Below are positions 19,601-28,088 of a DNA stretch of 64,000 bases, one piece after another. Under the pieces are notes generated by a model, which worked only from the letters and a program-made list of their open reading frames with translations, made no database searches and was not told the DNA's origin. A program made the position numbers and the translations under genes. The number at the start of each line of letters is the position of its first letter. Positions within the stretch are counted from its first letter, which is position 1. This stretch comes from Candidatus Latescibacterota bacterium (GTDB lineage Bacteria; Latescibacterota; UBA2968; GCA-2709665): contig CAXXXF010000018.1 of NCBI GenBank assembly GCA_963667175.2, forward strand, positions 256,001 to 320,000, read 5' to 3'.

Positions 19601-21942
19601 TGACTTTTCAACTCTTGCAATCGGTCTGCGCGTTTCTGGTTCAATTGGTGCTCAATATCGTCCAGTCGTCGGAACAGAGGCTCGAAGCACATGGGCTCTT
19701 CAATCTCCGCTGTTTCCAATTCAGCGCTGAGACCGGTACGTTCTTCTTCAACCAGTAGCCCGTCGACCATTCCCTGTTCGATTGCGCCCCGTACGCTGGC
19801 GACCTTATCCGCAAGAGCCGCTCGGGCACCCTTGAGCGCCTCGTCGTTTCGATCCTCGAACTCTTGACGTTCGTCATCGTCATTCAACGCATTCCGCAAT
19901 ATATCGGCGAATCGAAAATCCTGCCCTTCAATGTGCATGGTACAGGCTGCATTAAGTGCGCGTTCCTCGGCCAGGGACTGCCGCAAGAACGTGGCAATAT
20001 CTGCCTCTTGATCCTCTCCAAGAAAGCCGTGGTCGTCCAGGGAAACTTCAGGGAGCCACAACAGGCGTCTCGTTAACGCCTGTTTCAGTGAGCCGCTTTC
20101 GCGCTGCATCCATGCTTGAGGATCTTCATTATCGGCTTGCCCCTCTAAACCCAACAATCGGGTTACTTGGCCTATAGCCAGGTGCAAAACGCGGGCACAT
20201 GCGGCTTCTTGTTCGGCTTGTTCCTGCTGTTGCATGCGATCGAGTTCGGATGTGACATCTGGCAAGATTGCTTGTATTTGGTCACGCAATTCCCTTACAA
20301 GATCGGTCCACCAGTCGCCGTTGGTGTTGATCACCTCACTCTTCTTAATCAAGGAACACCAGTGGTCGGCCAACGTCACAGCGTCTTCTATGCTGCGTAC
20401 CAATTGGTCTCGCGGAACTCCGGTGATCGGTCTGGAGGGACGCCCTGGCGTTAACTCACGGTCAATCTGGTGAATGCGGTCCTCAATCTTGCGGCCTTTG
20501 AGTTCTCTTACTCGCTGTCGGATCTTTTCGATTTCGTCGGTATGGTTATTACTCACCGGATACAATAGTTGCCCCAAATCTCCGTCTCGGTTCACCAATC
20601 GTCGGAGGACGTTTGTCGCCCTTACCATTTTTAGTCTACGGACCTTATTGTTCTCCAATAGGCTACCCGCTCTCGTAGCTGTCTCTTCAATGCCGTCTGA
20701 TAAATCTGCCTGATGTTCTACGCCAAGTAAATCGTCCCGCTGCAAAGGATAACCTGCGCGGGTAAACGCACGAATTGCATCAGCCAGCCTGCCGAAAGGG
20801 GAATCAACCTCATCTCTTTGTGGAAGCCAACTGGTCAATCCGGTGTACGGGGCAATTAAGGCGGGACGAATTGCCGCAGCCAATCCTAAAACTCGCTCGG
20901 CGTTATTTTTAGGTGCCAGATCCGTTGTAATGTCTTTGATAGCGTGGACCAAACTGTCAGCATCGTCTTCCAACCAACGCGAGCCTTGAAGCACGGCAAG
21001 CAATTCAGGCGCGACGGGTACGTTTCGGCCTCTTGCTTTCAACGAAAGAGCAAGCCAATAGGCGCCTGCCCAATCCTCTTCAGCCAACAGGCTCCAGCCC
21101 AGCGATTCCCAGTTCTCATCGGAGTCGTCCTCTTGCAATTGCATCGCCGCGTCGCGAACCGAACGCAACTTTGCCGACCTTTTTACGGGGTGCTGGAGTG
21201 TTGAAGGGGCGGGCTCGCTCTGCTTCGGTTCGGACTCGTCTGGCTTGTCTGAAAGTTCGCCTTCGGCATCTTGCTGGTTGGAACTGGTTTCCTCTTTAGA
21301 TTCGTCTGCGGGGGGACGAGCGTCTTTCTTGGCCGGTTGCTCCTCATCAGAACCAGGGTGTTCATCAGACGGACCTTTTCCGGGTTCAGGGGGATCCGTG
21401 TCGGGTTCATCGTCGTCTTGGGTGTCCTCTTCCGGGGTCTGTTGTGGCTCCGGTTCGGCTTCTGCAAACTCCTGTTCGAGTTGTTTTGCGAGTAAGTTTA
21501 TTCGATCTTCCGTGTCGTTCAAGTCCGTCCGATGCTTGCGGGTCTCCTGGAAGTTTTCAGGCGTTTCCTGCTTTAACATACGAAGCCCATTTAGCTGCTC
21601 CAGCAGATTTACGGCTATTTTCGCACGCCTTGGAACCTGATCAGCAGGGCAACTGGCCGCTTGCCAATTGGCTATGCCGAGGCTTTCGAATCCAAAAAAC
21701 GCTATCTCACCGGCGTAGTCGTCTCGCAATTGGTCCAATGTCTGTTGGAGATGGAGCCGCCCCGCTTTCTTCTGTTCGTCGCACTTGTGCTCGGCGAGGA
21801 GCCGTACCTTTTCGACGAATCCTTCGACCTGGTCTGTTTCCCATTCCGAAGCATCCGAAGGCCACTCGCGCAGTTCCTCAATAACGCTGGCCCATCGCGT
21901 ATCGTTCAGGCTCTCGCCATTCTGTTTCTTGACATCGCTCAT
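16645..21942 (-). CDS. Giant (~1765 aa) STAND/AAA-type NTPase with long helical N-terminus
   Basis: NPY..G..MYYGR, Walker A GGRQLGKS, Walker B VLLDEAD, YTNYHPGLIQ (GxP-like). Second degenerate module near the C-terminus (ATGGWPFLL). GAGG RBS. Confidence 0.85.
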   Translation of the reverse strand: MSDVKKQNGESLNDTRWASVIEELREWPSDASEWETDQVEGFVEKVRLLAEHKCDEQKKAGRLHLQQTLDQLRDDYAGEIAFFGFESLGIANWQAASCPADQVPRRAKIAVNLLEQLNGLRMLKQETPENFQETRKHRTDLNDTEDRINLLAKQLEQEFAEAEPEPQQTPEEDTQDDDEPDTDPPEPGKGPSDEHPGSDEEQPAKKDARPPADESKEETSSNQQDAEGELSDKPDESEPKQSEPAPSTLQHPVKRSAKLRSVRDAAMQLQEDDSDENWESLGWSLLAEEDWAGAYWLALSLKARGRNVPVAPELLAVLQGSRWLEDDADSLVHAIKDITTDLAPKNNAERVLGLAAAIRPALIAPYTGLTSWLPQRDEVDSPFGRLADAIRAFTRAGYPLQRDDLLGVEHQADLSDGIEETATRAGSLLENNKVRRLKMVRATNVLRRLVNRDGDLGQLLYPVSNNHTDEIEKIRQRVRELKGRKIEDRIHQIDRELTPGRPSRPITGVPRDQLVRSIEDAVTLADHWCSLIKKSEVINTNGDWWTDLVRELRDQIQAILPDVTSELDRMQQQEQAEQEAACARVLHLAIGQVTRLLGLEGQADNEDPQAWMQRESGSLKQALTRRLLWLPEVSLDDHGFLGEDQEADIATFLRQSLAEERALNAACTMHIEGQDFRFADILRNALNDDDERQEFEDRNDEALKGARAALADKVASVRGAIEQGMVDGLLVEEERTGLSAELETAEIEEPMCFEPLFRRLDDIEHQLNQKRADRLQELKSQWKEMRQGLLQKIEVDQMKALKAFIQKSFKQGDTRVVEEGLAHLREVLQGEVEWDSAWLAPPSERDYLSEFKNASPGIESGLASLGNVNQLAREVEKGKTWEKVAFGELPKTRRDEVVRAFRSWHMLKRHQDQPTVAHRHVPNLLAYLGFHLPERESAVKVKNRGRDWLHCEVDASASDLARPIPQLGSQANGRYDVVCLWERPGAASIGAFLREIGLDTKTVIVFFLGRLTERRRGDIATRAGQRELALVVLDEVLLAFLARLDDTRLPAFLRCSLPYAALNPYTPFQAGNVPPEMYYGRDKMVRQLQNEGNCIVFGGRQLGKSALLRQVERTFHEPDHERYAWVQDIKLVGDALAGEQPDLLWIKLRDGFKKHSLIGERIAASQPDRIISHIQNAMDVAPQRRVLVLLDEADSFLGADAQNSFQVVERLRSLMQDTQSRFKVVFAGLHNVQRFNDIPNQPLAHFGENLLVGPLEASSARDLVREPLETLGYRFVDETTVLKVLSYTNYHPGLIQYFCHELVRRLQAKRSITGPPYKVRSEDVEAVYRLPQARKVIRERLDWTLQLDPRYQCIAWSMIYEQKETRDSYVRSFSVNELLQRAREWWPQGFDDVHTEALRGLLGEMVGLGILVHNQDENQYMLRSPNLVRMMGTEEDIESRLLELSEKSQPTQFQPDSQHVLLGDQGLRYSPLTLVEEGRIQQSGASGVSLVFGSQALGLDALDQALDRMGGSEIPAQELSQANRTCAWLDAHAKKQRGFEQLLTYGRLRGTGGDMARYVWKVSLMCGDFNQRGRRPLRVVFVLKPEAAWTWLRLPADQRTGLEDGTDSIYLRRWNEVGIQQRLSQADKLDSPEICRKVLEATGGWPFLLDDLLRRCGDHDDPRSHAKSLIEEVASPGSKLGSKLLQQVGLDSRAESRRVVRTLVECDKVSEEDLETLGDLVEGTPPLTLEDCKLAVEFLTRMGCLEKRDGEYRVESVIGRIVSPL

Positions 21943-22049
21943 ATACAATCCTCAATATAGGATTCGTCTAGATTCCTGTATCATTTCGCGGTCTCATCTA
22001 CCCCGGAGTGACGACACCCTCATCCGCCAACGCTGCGGCATAGCAAATC

Positions 22050-22134
22050 GCCGCCTGGTCGGATTCGCGTGAGACCGATGGATAGCTTTTCGTAATCTCG
22101 TCGGGGTCCAGACCGGAAGCAAGATTGTCAAGAA
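22050..22134. repeat. Repeat A copy 2 (promoter-like, upstream of giant ATPase)
   Basis: Matches 11881-11965; minus strand contains TTGACA and TTGCTT-17-GAGATT. Confidence 0.85.
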
Positions 22135-22304
22135 TCGTGGTCACCAGAACAGGATGGCCGGAGTGGGAATTTGCGGTCTATGTGAGTCGATTTACTGCCG
22201 TTTCTCGTTCTCTCGTGCTTTTCTCTCGCTCCAGGCTTCTTCCTGCACCAAGTTATGATCCTGCTCCTGTTTTCTGTTCCTGATAAGCCTGGTTGGTTTT
22301 GGTT

Positions 22305-22382
22305 CTTATCCTGTTAATCCCGTTATTCCTGCTAATCCTGATCGCTCTTCGGTTTTCATCCTGTCCATCCTGTGCATCCATG
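22305..22382 (+). repeat. Degenerate ~9-nt tandem repeat (ATCCTGTNN), the intron target site
   Basis: ATCCTGTTA ATCCCGTTA TTCCTGCTA ATCCTG ... ATCCTGTCC ATCCTGTGC ATCCATG. Confidence 0.75.
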
Positions 22383-23144
22383 GTGCGCCGTGAAAGGCGC
22401 GGAACTCCAGTGGGTGAGAGTCCCACCCGACAAATGTTGCTACAGTCGGTAGCAACCGGAGCGGGGGTGAAGGTAACGACATCTCCGAAGCCTCCGGTGT
22501 AAAGGGTCGCAAGGCGACTCGGCGAGTATGCGGGCCGAAACGTGCAGTGAACGCTGAGCAGGCCTCGAAAAAGGTAATGCGGGAGCCGACCCGCCCATGG
22601 ATCGGGGAAGGCCGCCGTCGTTGGAAAAAGAGAGCAACGCGTGCATCCAACGGTCCCGCCGGGGTAATGGCGAAGGCACGTATACAAGGGGTTCCGACGC
22701 AACACGGGAAGCCCCAGCGGTGGTGAATAGACACCAACCGGACGCCCGTGAGGGACAGGCCGGGCCGTATGGGGTGGCGGACAGGCTCGTAGTACCCGTG
22801 AAGCCGGGTAACGCCGGTGGAGGGAAGGGGCCTGACTTCGGATGTGCTTGCGAAGGGGACAACTGTCGGGAGAGTGGCGCAAGCCTATTACCTCCTCTAA
22901 AAGTAGATGAGGCGACTCCGGAACAAGCTTGGGCTTCAGGTGAAGCTGTCCGGGCAGTGCGGGCAGCGTGTGCCTGAAGGCGACGTCCGTCGGAGAGCCG
23001 GATGCGGGAAACCCGCACGTCCGGTTCGACGAGCGGGATGTGGAAACGGAGCACGGAGCGGCTATTGAGGCACCGCCAGACGAAAGGGGCGGAAACAGAT
23101 AAGAAGGGCCACTCCTAAACCACCGCGCCACATCCCGACTCTAC
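22383..23144 (+). ncRNA. ORF-less group II intron (762 nt)
   Basis: 5' GTGCG; domain V GAGCCGGATGCGGGAAACCCGCACGTCCGGTTC (22995-23027); long domain VI ending CGACTCTAC; DIII GTAGTACC..TGAAGCCGGGTAAC..GGAGGGAAGG; EBS1 CATGGAT pairs with exon ATCCATG; DIV only ~150 nt. Confidence 0.93.
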
Positions 23145-23179
23145 TAAGTTCCCGCTTATGAGTTGAAGGGGTTACACCC

Positions 23180-24478
23180 TCAATCCGCGGGGACCATTTC
23201 CGGCGCTTTGCATGCGAAGACGTCGATGGGCGGGAGATTGCGGTCGGGGCCGAGTTCGAGTTGGCGGGGGCCGACCAGGATGTCCAGGTTGTCCCGCATT
23301 TCGGCCATGTCAAGGTAGGCGGTGGAGGCTTCGACTTCGCCCAGGTCGAGGGTATTCTTGATCCAGAGCACTTTGGCATCGCACGGCTCGATAAGCCCGA
23401 TGGATTCCAACCCGATCTGCAGGACTTCCTCGTCGGTGGGGAAGTGCATGGGGATGGAGGCAGCGGGCGGATGCTGCCCCGTAATGGCGTTGATATTCGT
23501 CGCATAGTGGTCGATTTTCTCCACCAGCCGGTCCGTGGTGAATTCGGCCATACCCACGCCCACCGCGTTGCCATGGGTCTTTTCCGTGAGGTCCCGGACG
23601 AAGATCCGCAGCACGCGAGGCGTGTCGCCGTCCGCCGCGCGGCGTTCGTTGCGCTTGCGCCCCACCACGTTCGTATCGATGCCGGAGCCGCTGATGTCTT
23701 TGCCCATCTCGTCGATGATCAGCAGGTCCACGTCGTCGAAGGGCAGGCGGGGACACCAGGCCTTGGCCTTGACCAGAAGCTCCTTCTCGGCGCTTTCGAA
23801 GTCGGCGGCGGGAACCGCCGCGATCTGCGCGGTCTCGTCATAGCCGTTTTCGAGCAGGGCGACGCCGAACGTGATGGGCATTTTTTCCCGGACGGACTTG
23901 CCCACAACGCGAACGATCTTGTCGAACGAGTGATGGATGATGGCGCGGTGATAGATCGTCGCACCCTTGTGCTTTCCCAGGCCGATGAGCATCATTTTCA
24001 TCAGGCCGCTTTCGATCTCGCCCACGAAGCCCGTGTGGGGCTTCACGCGGTTGACGACGACCACGTGGTCGGCCTCGGAGGCGCATTTGTCGAAGTAGAC
24101 CGGCATGCCGAAATCCGTGACGTCGATCTCGACAACCTCCATCGAGGATTTGACGGGCGCGCCCACGGTTTCTTCGGTGATTCCGTATTCGGCGAGAATC
24201 CCGGCCTGGCCTTCGGCCGTGCCGCCGCCGTGACTGCCCATCGCGGGAACGATAAAGGGCCTGGTGCCCAGCGCGACCATCTCTCTGACGATCGTCGCAA
24301 TGACCGTGTCGAGGTTCGCGATGCCCCGCGAACCCGCGGCGATCGCGACGCTATGCCCGGGCCTGATGGTGTCACCGGGGTTGAGGTTTCGGATTTCACG
24401 GCGCGTGTCTCCCGGTATGTCGTCCACGCGCGGCGCGTCGAACCGCTGGCGGAGCCGGAACATGTGGGGATATTGCAT
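23180..24478 (-). CDS. LarA-like (nickel-pincer racemase domain / DUF2088) protein
   Basis: AGSRGI, PAMGSHGGGTAEGQ, NRVKPHT, ESGLMKM..IGLGK motifs; GGAGG RBS. Confidence 0.8.
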   Translation of the reverse strand: MQYPHMFRLRQRFDAPRVDDIPGDTRREIRNLNPGDTIRPGHSVAIAAGSRGIANLDTVIATIVREMVALGTRPFIVPAMGSHGGGTAEGQAGILAEYGITEETVGAPVKSSMEVVEIDVTDFGMPVYFDKCASEADHVVVVNRVKPHTGFVGEIESGLMKMMLIGLGKHKGATIYHRAIIHHSFDKIVRVVGKSVREKMPITFGVALLENGYDETAQIAAVPAADFESAEKELLVKAKAWCPRLPFDDVDLLIIDEMGKDISGSGIDTNVVGRKRNERRAADGDTPRVLRIFVRDLTEKTHGNAVGVGMAEFTTDRLVEKIDHYATNINAITGQHPPAASIPMHFPTDEEVLQIGLESIGLIEPCDAKVLWIKNTLDLGEVEASTAYLDMAEMRDNLDILVGPRQLELGPDRNLPPIDVFACKAPEMVPAD

Positions 24479-24562
24479 TTGGGGCCTCCGGAGGTAGAGG
24501 TCGTAAGTCAGCAAATGATCTCGTTGCAGGCGCCGCCGCCGTCGATCGGATTCGACGAAAAC

Positions 24563-25720
24563 TCACATAGCGGCTTCGTAAAGCGCAATGACGTCCTTAA
24601 GCGTGGTGTGGCGCGGGTTGATCTGGATATTCCCGCTCTTCATCGCGTCTTCCGCAAGTACGGGAATCCCTTCGGGAACGACGCCGACGTCGGTAAGGGT
24701 TTCAGGGATGCCGACTTCCGCCGCCAGCGTTTTCACGGCATCCACGGCAACGTCGGCGGCCTCCATGGGCGAAAGGCCGTCGATGTCTTCGCCAAGTGCG
24801 GCCGCGACGTCGGCGAATCGTTCCGGGCACGCGACCTTGTTGAAATCCATCACCCGGGTGAGCAGGATGGCATTGGCGACGCCGTGAGGGACGCCGTAGT
24901 GGCCGCCCACGGCGTGGGACATCGCGTGCACGTTGCCCAGGCGCGTCTGCGAAAAGGCGATGCCGGCCATATTGCTCGCCAGAAGCATCTGCTCGGTGGC
25001 TGCGTAATTGTGGTGGCTGGCGGCGGCCTGCCGGAGGTTTTCCGCAATCAGCCGGATGGCATGCAGCGCCAGGCCGTCCGAAATGGGGTTGGAGGCCAGC
25101 GCCACGTAGGACTCCACCGCGTGGGTGAGCGCGTCCATCCCCGTCGCGGCGGCGATGGGCATGGGCAGAGCAACGGCCGCATTGACGTCCAGGATGCCCA
25201 CGTCCGGAATCACGTGAGGACCGCCTACCCCTGCCTTGAAGTGGTTGTTGTCCGTCACGACGGCGAACGGGGTGACTTCGCTGCCCGTGCCGTAGGTCGT
25301 GGGTACGCACAACAGAAAGGGCACGCGTTTCCGCCCCTGCAACAGACCGAAGTGGTCTTCAATTCTGCCGCCGTTGGATGCGAGGACGCCGGCGCACTTG
25401 GCCGTATCCATCGAAGACCCCCCGCCAATGGCCAGCAGCCAGTCGCAGCCCTGTGACTCGTACAGATCGAAACAGGCCTGAATGACGTGTACCGGCGGGT
25501 TTTCTTCCACACCGTCGTAAACCACGAAGGGGATTCCCGCGTCCTCCAGGACACCGGTGGTCTGCTGTGCCACGCCGGCTTTGACCAGGCCCTTGTCGGT
25601 AACGACGAGGGCTTTTTTCTCGTGCCGGCCGGATAGAATCCGCGGGATTTCAGACACGCTGCCACGGCCCACGAGAAGCCGGGTGGGCGAATGAAAGGTG
25701 AAGCTGTCTTGTTCCGTCAC
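24563..25720 (-). CDS. Iron-containing alcohol dehydrogenase
   Basis: GGGSSMD, PTTYGTGSEVT, DALTHAVESY, HAMSH..HGVANA. Confidence 0.95.
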   Translation of the reverse strand: MTEQDSFTFHSPTRLLVGRGSVSEIPRILSGRHEKKALVVTDKGLVKAGVAQQTTGVLEDAGIPFVVYDGVEENPPVHVIQACFDLYESQGCDWLLAIGGGSSMDTAKCAGVLASNGGRIEDHFGLLQGRKRVPFLLCVPTTYGTGSEVTPFAVVTDNNHFKAGVGGPHVIPDVGILDVNAAVALPMPIAAATGMDALTHAVESYVALASNPISDGLALHAIRLIAENLRQAAASHHNYAATEQMLLASNMAGIAFSQTRLGNVHAMSHAVGGHYGVPHGVANAILLTRVMDFNKVACPERFADVAAALGEDIDGLSPMEAADVAVDAVKTLAAEVGIPETLTDVGVVPEGIPVLAEDAMKSGNIQINPRHTTLKDVIALYEAAM

Positions 25721-25804
25721 AATGCGTGCTCCTTGAAGTACGGTAGAAACAGGAACTGTCCTCACGTAATTTAGGCGTTACGTCAAGTGGGGACAAGCAG
25801 ATTC

Positions 25805-25958
25805 AGCGGTCAGGAAAAAAAGCTATCAGCTGTCAGCCTTCAGCCGTCAGCAAAGATCAAAAACGACAATCAACTCACACGAAGACACAAAGACACAAAG
25901 AAAAACAAGCCAGCAATCAGACGTCAGCTTGAAGCAAAGTCGAAAATCAAATTCAAGA
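25805..25958. repeat. Composite intergenic repeat (heptamer TCAGCNN array plus ACACAAAG repeats)
   Basis: AGCGGTCAGGAAAA is shared with 62201; GCTATCAGCTGTCAGCCTTCAGCCGTCAGC; TCAGCTTGAAGCAA also occurs at about 59542 and 62236. Confidence 0.75.
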
Positions 25959-26033
25959 TCCCCTTTTCCCCAAATTCCCTGCCTCCGGCGGGTTCCTTTT
26001 GAAGCGACCAAAAGGAACCAAAAGTCGCCGTAA

Positions 26034-26196
26034 GTGTCCCGTCCCGGAAATATGTCGCCATTCATCCGCCGATTCATCCCGTCTGGCGGCGTTGCCTTCA
26101 CTCGCCGAACTTACCCAGGTCGCCTGCGCTCAGGCGCCTTGCCAGCCGGGCGACTCGACGGCCGAACTCAGGCAATCTATTTCCAGGACGGAACAC
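26034..26196. mobile_element. MITE-like element (163 bp)
   Basis: Terminal IRs GTGTCCCGTCCCGGAAATA / revcomp GTGTTCCGTCCTGGAAATA (17/19); no coding capacity. Confidence 0.7.
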
Positions 26197-26769
26197 GGAG
26201 CGCGGGGCCTGCCACAGGCACAGCGCGAACACCCTCACAGGATGCACAGGATCCTCTGCCCTGAGACCCGCGGCGGCACATCGATCCGCGTCGCTGGACG
26301 GATCAGCGCGCTCTGCTCTGGTAGTGCTCCGGTCAGTTCTTCCCTTCGTAGTCTGATTGGTGTCTGAATAATGAGCGCAGCTGGTGGCGATCAGCTCCAA
26401 GCCGTCAGTTTGAATCACACCTGTCCAAAATCGGTTTCAGTCTTGGACAGCATCTGGTTCACTTCCGCGAAGCAATCCCTCGACCAAGATTGCCTGAGAT
26501 TCACAAAGTGCTTATTTCACGGGCTTATTGAGACGGAAACAGCACAATTATGGCCGCTGGAAACGTCACCTTGTTCTTGGACAGCATTGCGCAGACGATG
26601 GCAAACCTGGTTTTCATTATCCGGGTCAAACCCGTCCAAAATCGCCTATTGTAGCCATTTTTCGAACCTTATCTCTGGGAATCCGACGGTTCTTGGACAG
26701 CAGTGAGTTTGAATCAAATGCCGAATCAGTCGACACCAGCGCCGTGAAGTGGCAGGACCAATACGGCCG

Positions 26770-26879
26770 CAGACCTCTCCCCCCAGCCCCCTCTCCCGGG
26801 GGGAGAGGGGGAGCAGAGCGAGATGTCTTCAAGCGATGACAGTTCTCCCTTCCCCCCGGGAAGGGGGAAAGGGGGTAGG
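26770..26879. repeat. Inverted pair of CCCCTCTCCC...GGGAGAGGGG REP-like hairpins
   Basis: The same hairpin occurs at 59621-59664 and 62436-62475. Confidence 0.8.
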
Positions 26880-26887
26880 TGCCGGCG

Positions 26888-27903
26888 TCAAAAGACCTTC
26901 CCGATTTCATCCCGGTCGAATTCGGGCAGGTCCTCCCAGCGGTCGTCTGTGCGGAGTTTGAGTCCGAAATCGGGCGATTCGGCGCGACCGACGATCTCGC
27001 AGGGAATGCCGGCGTGACGGATGGCGTCGCGAACCGGTTCGGCGTCTCCCGGCGCCAGGCCGATCAACAGCGCGCCGGAGGAGATGACGCCCAGCGGGTC
27101 CAACTGGAAAGCCTCGCACAGCAGACGGGTTTCTTCGGAGGAGAAGAGCGCCTCGCCGTCCACGGCAAGTCCGCAGCTCGAGGCGGCCGCGAGTTCCCGC
27201 AGCGCCGTGGCGACGCCGCCTTCGGTGGGGTCGTGCATCGCGTGCACCGAGGCGATTTTGCACGCGATTCGCGCCTCTCTGATAATACTGAGTCCCGGAT
27301 CGTGAAGGTAGCCGTGCGCGCTATCGAGCAGGTTGGAATCGAATCCCCGGTTGCGCAACTCGACGGCTTTCTCTCTGGCCAGGATGGCGGTGGCTTCGAT
27401 CCCCAACCCTTTGGTCAGCAGAATACTGTCGCCCGGCCGGAGTCCGCTCGACCGGACGAGGTCTTCGCGCCGGACTTCACCCAGCATCTGCCCGACGACG
27501 ATCGGCCGATCCAGACCTGCGGTGACTTCGGTGTGACCGCCGCATAGCGAAACGTCGATCTCACCCGCAGCGCGCCGGAGCGATTCGAAGATGGACCGGA
27601 CAAGGGCCTCGTCCGTCCGGCTTTCGGGCAGAAGCAGTGTGGCCAGGAACCAGCGGGGGGACCGCCCCCATCGTGGCGACGTCGTTGGCGTTGACGTGGA
27701 CCGCTGTAGCGGCCGATCTCGTCGGTTGCGAAAGTAATGGGGTCGGTCTTCACCACGAGGCAGGTCTCGCCGAAGTCAATGACCGCGGCGTCCTCCCCCA
27801 CCTCCGGTCCCACGAGGACCCGCTCGTCGTCGACGCTGCATTCGCGCAGCAAGCCGGAAAGCAGGTCCAGCGGGAGTTTACCTGGCGGCAGAAGGACGCA
27901 CAT
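26888..27903 (-). pseudogene. AIR synthase/HypE-family protein, frameshifted
   Basis: GKLP, GEDAAV, TDPIT, NDVATMG, GGHTE and MHDPTEGG are split across frames around 27650-27710. Confidence 0.75.
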
Positions 27904-28088
27904 GTTCGTAAGTGGATTGGCGAGCAGAGGCAACCGGTGAGGTCATGGATCGCAGAATTTACGATAGGCCAATTCCAGGGGGGTTGTCAATGGTTTTGCA
28001 GGACTGCGGCGCTGTCCGCCACCGGTAGATTGACAGGCACAGCGAACCGGTTATCCAGCGTGTTTAGCCGGCAAACTCCGGGTAGGAG

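Noticed and set aside
21180-21470. Overlapping ORFs and low-complexity sequence in the giant ATPase gene
   Set aside because: Explained by an acidic/proline-rich linker; no separate element is evident.
498-22134. Classical integron or prophage/ICE
   Set aside because: No tyrosine/serine integrase, no convincing attC structures, and no tRNA attachment site or phage genes were seen in the window.
22305-22382. Possible CRISPR array in tandem repeats (also 25820-25900 and 58961-59015)
   Set aside because: Units are 7-9 nt without unique spacers, and no cas genes are present.
22253-23131. 292-aa and 204-aa minus-strand ORFs
   Set aside because: They are antisense shadows of the group II intron RNA and have no RT motifs.
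23261-25456. 731-aa plus-strand ORF (and similar long antisense ORFs such as 35051-36466 and 39425-40771)
   Set aside because: They are antisense to well-supported genes, an artefact of high-GC codon bias.
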